Source of the DNA: Fonticula alba ATCC 38817
Taxonomy: Eukaryota; Protista; Nucleariida
DNA length: 27,127 nucleotides
Assembly: GCA_000388065.2 (NCBI GenBank)
Contig: KB932202.1
Direction: 5' to 3' (one strand)
Positions 1-16,134 of this stretch are shown piece after piece; within the stretch, counting starts at the first letter, position 1; each line of letters begins with the position of its first letter. The notes beneath the pieces were generated by a model. The model was not told the origin of the DNA and did not search any database. It saw only the letters and a program-made list of their open reading frames with translations. The position numbers and the translations under genes were made by a program.

Positions 1-432
1 CTCGCCGCCACTCTCAAGGATCTGGAGGACATGACCGAGGAGGCCATCGAGCAGGAGATCGCCGCCGCCGTCAAGGCCGCCGTCGAGGCCGAGCGCGAGC
101 GCCTCACCAAGCCCGATCCCAAGAAGAAGACCCCCCCGGCCAAGAAGGACACCGAGGCGTCCACCGACGCCGGGGAGGCCGACGAGCAGGAGGCAACCCC
201 GGCGCCGGCCGACACCGAGGAGACCGCCCCCAAGAAGCCCAAGAAGCCCAAGAAGAAGGATGCCACCACGGCTCCCGCCGAGGAGCCCCTCTCTCCGGAG
301 GCCCTGGAGGCGGCCCTGCAGCGCGTGGAGGCCGAGGCCACCGCCGCCGCCCGGGACCAGGCCAACGACAAGGCCGCCGTCATCCGCATCAAGCGGATCC
401 GCGCGAAGAAGCTCCTGAAGCAGTTCAAGTGA
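1..432 (+). CDS. 3' end of a hypothetical Lys/Glu/Ala/Pro-rich protein (5'-partial, runs off the window)
   Basis: Frame 1 is open from base 1 (LAATLKDLEDMTEEAIEQ...) to TGA 430-432. Third positions are strongly C/G, as in the other genes here. Basic KPKKPKKK and IRIKRIRAKKLLKQFK segments are present. No family recognised. Confidence 0.75.
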   Translation, partial: LAATLKDLEDMTEEAIEQEIAAAVKAAVEAERERLTKPDPKKKTPPAKKDTEASTDAGEADEQEATPAPADTEETAPKKPKKPKKKDATTAPAEEPLSPEALEAALQRVEAEATAAARDQANDKAAVIRIKRIRAKKLLKQFK

Positions 433-1126
433 TGTGTGTCGCTGCCCACGTGATCCAATATACGCCGTCGATCGGTCATTTTCCTCGGCGGGGCTTTTCT
501 TTTCCGTGCTCCCCTTTCCTTCGGCCGGCCTCCTGGTGTTTGGGCCGTCCCCCCGCCCGCCCTGCTGGCTGGGGGCCGAAGTTCGTGCGTGTGTGGGTGG
601 ATGAATAAGTGGGTGTGGGCGTGCGGGTGGGTGCCTCCCGGCCCCCAGCCAGGGAGGGGGGGGGGGGGGTGCGCCCGTCACACACAGCGGGGCTGCAGTT
701 GCACCGGGCTGTCCTCGCCCCGCCGTCCTCCCCCCCCCCCCCCCCCCTCGGCCAAGGGTATGCGGCGCGAGGGGGGCCGGGCGCGCAGGTCGGCCCGGCA
801 GGTTCCGATCGCGCCCCGGCCTCGATCGGATCCGCCATGCCCTCAGGACGCGGCCCGGGTGGGACGGCCGATGTCCCCCCTCGCGGCCCCTGCCCAGCCC
901 TCCCCCTCTGCCGGTGCCCCGGACCCCAAGGGCAGCTCCAAAGCTCGCCTTGCCGGCTGGCCGGGCGCCTCTGCCTCAAGGCCGGCAGCCCGCTCCCCGG
1001 ATCCCCTGTCCCTCCTCTCCTCCCTTGCCTTCGCGTGTCCTCCCGTCTCGCTTCCTCTTGGAATACACCTCCGCCCACCCGACCGCGACTCCATTCCCCT
1101 GCGGAGGCGCTCTCCCCCGGCCTGCA

Positions 1127-2058
1127 ATGGGCACGTCCGGATGTGGTCGCGCCTGGGGCGCTCTCCCCCGGCTGCTGCTGCTTCTGCTCGGAGCCAGCTT
1201 GCTCTTGGTGGCGCTCGCGGTCCCCCGGGGCCTGGCGCACTCAACTTCCACGTCGGGCTCGGCTCCGCACGACTGCAACACCCCCCCGAAGCCGGTCCGG
1301 CGGTTCTTCAGCCGGAGCCTGCCCGCCTGGCAGGACCCCTTCCGCAAGTATCGCATTTCCTACTACGAGCGGGTTCTCCGAGGCGAGATCCCGGCGGCGC
1401 CGACACTGCCGCCGCTCTTCGAGACCGATGACGGCCACGACTCGGAGGCCGCCAGTCGCCAGCCCTCCGGCAGCGGTGGTTCTGCCTCGGGGGCCCGGCC
1501 AGACTCCGGTCCCCGGCCGCCGGCCCCGGCGCCGGAGAAGCCCCGCGCGCCGGCACCTTGCCCGCTGCTGATCGCCTGCAGTGCCTGCACCCCGAGCATG
1601 GTGCGCATGCCATGGGGCTCTCTCCGCCTCCCCCTCGCTCTCTCGCTCTCTCCTCCTCACCCTCCTCCCTCCTCGATCCTCGCCGGCCCCATGGCCATCC
1701 CCTCGCCCCGGCTGGCGCGCGCCGGCATGCGCCTGCCAGATGGAGCACCCTCAGTGCATGCCCACCGGCTATGTGTCCTCCTACGACTGCCCCACGGGCC
1801 TGGTCCTGCGGCCGTGCGAGAAGCCGGGCAAATTCCGCCGGGTGTCGTACATCGTGTTCCTGGTGCGTCACAGGGGGCATGCACTGCCTGCTCACACACG
1901 GCCGATGGCCCGAGCCCCTACTGACGGTCTCCCTCGTCTCGCGCCCGATCGGGCACCATCAGCTCGTCGCCGGGGTGGGGTTCCTCCTGGCGCTGGCCTT
2001 CCTGCGCATCCGCCGGCGCAAGCACCGGTCTGCCCTGGACCGAGTGATGAAGCTGTAG
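1127..2058 (+). CDS. JTB: JTB (jumping translocation breakpoint)-like type I membrane protein, about 230 aa, 3 exons
   Basis: Exons 1127-1600, 1740-1862 and 1963-2058 (GT-AG, both phase 0; branch-like TACTGAC near 1919-1925). The product has an N-terminal hydrophobic signal (LLLLLLGASLLLVALA), a six-Cys module CPLLIACSACTPSMMEHPQCMPTGYVSSYDCPTGLVLRPC, a TM helix (YIVFLLVAGVGFLLALAFL) and a basic tail RIRRRKHRSALDRVMKL. This matches the recalled JTB pattern CxxC...CxPTGYx5C...C, TM, basic tail. Confidence 0.65.
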
Positions 2059-2440
2059 GCCCGGGGCGCCCCCCCCCCNNNNNNNNNNNNNNNNNNNNNN
2101 NNNNNNNNNNNNNNNNNNNNNNNNNNNNNNNNNNNNNNNNNNNNNNNNNNNNNNNNNNNNNNNNNNNNNNNNNNNNNNNNNNNNNNNNNNNNNNNNNNNN
2201 NNNNNNNNNNNNNNNNNNNNNNNNNNNNNNNNNNNNNNNNNNNNNNNNNNNNNNNNNNNNNNNNNNNNNNNNNNNNNNNNNNNNNNNNNNNNNNNNNNNN
2301 NNNNNNNNNNNNNNNNNNNNNNNNNNNNNNNNNCCCTCCACCCCCCTTTTTTCTTTTTTCCCCTCCTCCCCTCAACCACCTGCGCCTGTAGCCACCCCCG
2401 CGAGCGCCCTCCAGCCCTCGTCCCCCCCTCCCCGCGCACC

Positions 2441-5486
<3,046 letters not shown>

Positions 5487-6237
5487 AGAGGGCCACTCGG
5501 CGAGAGGGGGACCTCCGCACCCCTGCCCCTGTCCTTGTATATCCCGCTGCCGCTGTTGCTGCACTATCCCTCTCTCTCTCTCTCCCTCTCCCCCTGACCG
5601 AGCGCAATACACACAGCCCTTGATCTCGGGCAACCGGCTGGGCGGCCCAGCGACGGGCCGGGGGGGGTGGATTTGCGTGCGGAAGGTGGCGCGGGGGCGG
5701 CGGTACACGCGCGCGCGCGCACATGTGCGTGTGGCGAGGCAGCCCGATGGGCGGGGGGGGGCGCACAGCGGGCAGACACTCGGGCGGCCACTGCCCGGCG
5801 CCTGCCAACGCTCCCCCGGGCCGGGAGGAGATGGCTGCCCGGAGGCGCCCGGGTCAAGATCTGTCTAGCATGTGTCCGCCGCCCTCGCGCCCCCTCCCGC
5901 GCCCCGGGGCCAGGAGAAAGGCCGGGGGTGGCTCCGGCGCGGTGCGGGGGCGTTCCGGCGCCGGCGGGTGCCTTCCATTTCGGGGGGCGGGGCTGGGAGC
6001 GCCGGCCCCTGCCGAGCGCCCGATCGGGGCCGGGGCTTCCCTCGCCACGGGCGCCCCCCCCCCCCCCCCGCCGGGTGTCCCTTCGCGCGACCATCCCCCC
6101 GGGCCGGAGGGTCTTGGGCGGGCGGAGCGTCGCTCCGGCGAGCCCCATCTCGCGCATCCCCGCCCCCCCCCCTCCCCCCTTGCCCCTTTCCCCCCGTCCC
6201 TCTCTTTCCCCAAGAGAAGAAAGGAACCAAGCCTGCC

Positions 6238-7842
6238 ATGGCCCTCTTCCCGGCGCTGCTGCTCTTCGTGACGGTCCTCACCCTGGCCGGGGCGCTGATC
6301 GCGGTGCTGCTGTTCGGCCCGACGCCGCAGCACCGGGACTCGGCCCTCGGGTGGGTGTACCGCTTCCTCACCGGGACCCTGGTGAATGCCCTGCACGCGG
6401 TGGCCCTGCGGGTCCTCGGCCAGCGGGTCCTCGGGGCGTTGGCCGCCGCCGGGCGATACTTCTTCTACGAGCGCAATCCCTTCCTGATGGCCTTCTACCT
6501 GTCGCTCATCACGGCCGGCGTGGTGATCTACCTCGGCTGGACGCACCCGTACCTGTCGCCGGCGCACCAGCCGCGGCTCATGTCCCCGGTGCACTGGTAC
6601 CTGTCACCGGTGGCCATCCTGGCCACCTTTGCCTCCTTCTTCACGGCCTGCCTCTCCAATCCGGGGTACATCAACCAGCGCAATGTGCGCCGCTACTTGC
6701 AGGCATACAAGTACGATGGCCTGATCTTCCCCCCGCGCCTGTGCGACACATGCAAGATCCCCAAGCCGGCGCGCTCGAAACACTGCAACCTGTGCGGCGT
6801 TTGCGTGTCCCGCCATGATCACCGTACGTGCTGCCATCCACCGCGGCGGGGCCGGCCGACGGATGCGCGCCCCCCCCCCCCCCCCCTCCCCCTGCCACCT
6901 GGACCTCCCGGGACCCTTCTCTTGTCTTGCTATACTCACCAAGTTGATCTCGCCGCCTCTCGCCCTCGGCCCCTTCGCCCCCGGGCCCGCCACCCTGCAG
7001 ACTGTCCCTGGATCAACAACTGCGTTGGGGGCGGGAACCTCCGCTGGTTCTACCTGTTCATCCTGTGCTCCGGGGCCCTGTGCCTGTATGGCGCGTGGCA
7101 GACCTCGGTGCTGGCCGTCCGCCTGGTGTCGGCCCGGCGCCTGTTCACCCTGACCCGGCCGCACCCGCTCACCGGGCGCATGACCCCCCTGGGGCTGGGC
7201 GACGTGGCGGCGATCATGCTGTACCACGACGCGCCCATGCTGCTGCTTGGGTTCTTCCTGCTGCTGGTGGGCCTCCTGCAGATGGCCTTCCTGCTGTACT
7301 CCTTCAGCTACTCCCTGTCCAACTCGACCACCAACGAGAGCATCAAGCGCGACGGGCTGGAGTACATGTTCCAGCAGCTGGGCCACATCACCATCCGGTC
7401 GCCCATGCGCATGGGGGACTTGGCGCCGGAATTCGCCGACATCGATCTGGCCGCCGTCTCCATGCCTCCCATCGAGGCCGGCCCGGAGGACATCACCACC
7501 CAGGTGAAACTCTATGACAGCGTGGTGGCCCTGCATGTCCAGGCCCCGGACGCCGCGGAGGACGCCGAGGGCCCGGCCCCGGCCCCGGCCCCGGCTCCGG
7601 CTCCGGCTCCGGTCCGGGAGGACCTCCCGAAGGGGTCTCCCCACACCAAGGCGGCCAGCGCCAGGCCCAACACCAAGCCCGGGGCCGGGCTCCGCCACCG
7701 GAAGAACCCCCCTCCACAGGAGGACCTTTACCCCATCCACATCACCCGGTACAATACCTTGGAGGTGGCCCTGGTCAACCGGTATGACCTGGGCAGCTGG
7801 TGGGCCAACATCAAGAGCTCGCTCTTCCCTCCCTTGCCTTGA
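6238..7842 (+). CDS. DHHC palmitoyltransferase, Swf1/ZDHHC4-like, 475 aa, 2 exons
   Basis: Exons 6238-6823 and 7001-7842. Splicing restores [37 protein letters not shown]. Also present: NPG motif, TTNE motif, C-terminal [17 protein letters not shown] (PaCCT-like) and several TM helices. The extra N-terminal TM and the YERNP segment suggest the Swf1/ZDHHC4 branch (subfamily call less certain). Confidence 0.92.
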   Translation: [534 protein letters not shown]

Positions 7843-7962
7843 GGGGGCGGCGGCGGAAGGGGCCACCCCCTCTGCCGGGCCCGAGCCATTGTGCCCTCTG
7901 CCCTGTTGGCCTTTCACTTGTGCGCGCCCAAAAAAAATGGAACTCCCCACAGCCCAAGCTAC

Positions 7963-7963
7963 A

Positions 7964-8010
<47 letters not shown>
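7963..8010. repeat. (ACGC)12 microsatellite between the convergent DHHC and kinase 3' ends
   Basis: Direct reading: 12 units. Confidence 0.9.
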
Positions 8011-8011
<1 letters not shown>

Positions 8012-8341
8012 GGGAAGGAGACGGTGAAACTGGGTGGTTGATATTGACAAGGACATGGGCTCCTGGCGCGGCGAACTCCAAACAGCGGAATGGACGCGTG
8101 GCACATGCTTCCATGTGTGCCCGAAGGGGAAGAGGAGGGAGGGAGGGAGACAGGGGGAGGGGGGAGGGAGGGGCGCGAAACGAGGCCCCCGGCGAAGGAA
8201 GGAAGGGAGAGGGAGGAGGCGCACACGCGCACGCACACAGGTGCACTTGCGCGTGTGGCCGGGAGACGGAGACGGAGAGGTGCGGAAAGGCGGCGGGCGC
8301 AGCACGGAGAGAGGAGAAAGAGACAGGACCAGCGCCGCCCA

Positions 8342-13203
<4,862 letters not shown>

Positions 13204-13706
13204 GCTGTGGATGGAGGGGGAAAAAAGGGGGACGAGGGAACAAGGGAAAGGGAGGTGGGCAGGGGCGCACGCGCGGGCTCGCGGATGCAGACAAGGACAC
13301 ACGCGCGTGCAGGCAGACAGGCACGGGCCGGGTGTGTCTGTCTCTCTCTCTCTCTTTTGGGGAGCGAGGGAAAGGGGGCGGGAGCAGCGGCGAGGCAGAG
13401 AGAGAGAGAGAGGAAGGGAGGGGGCAGAAGGGGAGGGGGAGGGGGAGGGGGGAGGGCGAGGTGGAAGATGGGACGTGGGGGTGGGGGTGGCAAAGGGGGG
13501 AGGGGGGGGAGGCGGATCGGTGCCTTTCTCTTGCCGCGGGCCGGGCGCGGCGGCCCGGGGGGGAGGGGCCGGCGCGATTTGAGGGCCCGCACAGCCTCGA
13601 CGGGGACTACCACAGCCTGTGAGGCGAGCCCCTCTCGCCCCCGGCCCCCCCCCGGCCCGCACATTGCCAACCGGGACATGCTGCGATTGCCGGGCTTGGA
13701 AGGGTG

Positions 13707-13710
<4 letters not shown>

Positions 13711-13750
<40 letters not shown>
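13711..13750. repeat. (AG)20 microsatellite
   Basis: Direct reading. Confidence 0.9.
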
Positions 13751-13755
<5 letters not shown>

Positions 13756-15735
13756 CGAAGCCGAAGGTGTCGCAGGCCAGGCGGCCAACACGGCTGGGCC
13801 AACGAGGGGCCCTGCGTGTCCCCCTGCCCGGCGCCGAGCACCGGACGGGGCTGGGACCCACGGAAGGCGGTCCCCCCCCCCCCCCCCCNNNNNNNNNNNN
13901 NNNNNNNNNNNNNNNNNNNNNNNNNNNNNNNNNNNNNNNNNNNNNNNNNNNNNNNNNNNNNNNNNNNNNNNNNNNNNNNNNNNNNNNNNNNNNNNNNNNN
14001 NNNNNNNNNNNNNNNNNNNNNNNNNNNNNNNNNNNNNNNNNNNNNNNNNNNNNNNNNNNNNNNNNNNNNNNNNNNNNNNNNNNNNNNNNNNNNNNNNNNN
14101 NNNNNNNNNNNNNNNNNNNNNNNNNNNNNNNNNNNNNNNNNNNNNNNNNNNNNNNNNNNNNNNNNNNNNNNNNNNNNNNNNNNNNNNNNNNNNNNNNNNN
14201 NNNNNNNNNNNNNNNNNNNNNNNNNNNNNNNNNNNNNNNNNNNNNCCCCCTGTCCGGGGCCCCCAGGCGGCACATGTCCCCGGGGCGGGGCGCCGTCGCC
14301 GACACCTCCGCGAGCCCCACCGACCTCCGGCGGTGGTGCTGACACTCCCGGCCCGGGGGTCCCTCGCGCCTTCGGCGCCCCCCGGCCGTGCCGCGCCCCT
14401 GGGAGACAGGAGGACCCCAGCATCCCCGGCGGGGCCGGTTCTTCCGGAGCACAAACGCCCTCGCCCCCGGCCGGGGGCTGCTCAGGGGGGGGGGAAATGC
14501 CCGGCGCGCGCACGGCCTCCTGGAGACCATGCGCCCGCCATGAGGGGCGCCTCGCGTCTCCGAGCTGGCGCCCTTCTCCGCCCAGGGGGGGGGGGGGGGC
14601 GGCGGGGCGGGGGAGGCCCTCCAGGGCGGGCGAGCGCGCAGGGGGCCTGCCAGGCGCCGGTTCCGCGGAAGCCCGTCCGGCCTAAAAGTGGGCGCGAGCC
14701 CCTCGCCCGCCTGCCAGGAACCCGGGAGCCAGGGAGCAGGCCCGGTGCAAGTGCGCCAGGCGAGCACCCGCACACGGACGCACACCCGCACACAGACGCA
14801 CGCTCGCAGAAGGGCAAGTGAAACAGCCGCCCCGCGCGGCGCGCGTCCGAGCCCCCGGTCCAAGAGGGGGGCCGGGCTGGGCGATTGGCCGCCGGCCGGC
14901 GGGGGCAGGCCCTTCTCGCCCCTCCGCCCCCGCGCACCGGGCTCGCACTTGTCGGCGCCTGGCCGCACGCGAGAGCCGACGCCGCGGCGTGGGCTGAGCC
15001 CCCCCCCCCCCCCGGCGCACCGGGTGCCCTGTTCTCTCTCCGCTTCTCTCTCTCTCTCTCGCGCCCAGCCCCCGCCCCCCGGGCCCCTCCCCGGTGCCGG
15101 GCACCCGAGGGCCGATGATCGGGCCACGTTCGCCCCCAGGCTGACGACGGGCCCAGTCAGCCGGCCGGGCCGGCTCCGGCACGAGGGCGATCAGCCGCCC
15201 CTCACGCCGCCCGGCACCGGGGAGGGGCCCGGGGGGGGGGGAGGCGGGGGGAGGCGGGAATGCCGGGCCCGGGAGAGGGCGTTGGCCCAGGCCAGCGCGC
15301 GCGTGTGCGCGCCGCGGCCGACGAAACGCCAGCCCCGAGGGCCTCGCTCCCGCAAACCGCAGCAACAGCCAGAGGCCCCGGACGCGGGGAGGCCAGCCGG
15401 GCGCCGGGCGCCGGGGGCTGCTTGCGCCGGGGATTTCTCCGCCACCGCCTCCGGGCCTGGCACCGGCGCCGGGGAACCGAGGCGGGCGCACATTCCAGAG
15501 GCCAAATAAAACTCCGGCCTTTTCCCCCTCCCGGAGGCTTCTCCGGCCGAGTCAACGGCCAACCGACGATTCCACACCGGCCGGCGGAGCGCACCCGCCC
15601 CCCCCCCCGGCCAGGCGCCGGATGCCGGGGCTCTCGCGTGTGCTCGCGAGGCCCCCCCCCGCCGGGGCCCAGGGGGCGGGGGGCTCGTCCAGGACGCACG
15701 CGCGCCGGCCGGCCGCGAGGCCAAGGCGAACGACA

Positions 15736-16134
15736 GCCCTGCCCGGGAGCATGCCGAGAGGGGCGCCTGCACCAGGCAACCGATATATATGCCCCGGGCC
15801 GGCGAGGGACGCGCGCCCGCACACGCGGCGCGCGCCGGGGGCCGGGCGCCTGCCCTCCTCCGCCCCAGGGGCCCGCCGGTCTGGGGCGTCTCCCCGTGCT
15901 GGGGCGGGAGGCGAGACATTCCCCGCATGCAGGGGCCCGGGGGGCCCTGCCCGGGAGCATGCCGAGAGGGGCGCCTGCACCAGGCAACCGATATATATGC
16001 CCCGGGCCGGCGAGGGACGCGCGCCCGCACACGCGGCGCGCGCCGGGGGCCGGGCGCCTGCCCTCCTCCGCCCCAGGGGCCCGCCGGTCTGGGGCGTCTC
16101 CCCGTGCTGGGGCGGGAGGCGAGACATTCCCCGC
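15736..16134. repeat. Tandem direct repeat, two identical 191-bp copies with a 208-bp period, truncated by an N-gap
   Basis: 15736-15926 equals 15944-16134, with a 17-nt spacer and no Ns between the copies. Each copy contains GATATATATG. Confidence 0.85.

Noticed and set aside
15512-15536. U5 loop-I-like GCCTTTTCC
   Set aside because: It mismatches the invariant GCCUUUUAC, and there is no downstream Sm site on that strand.
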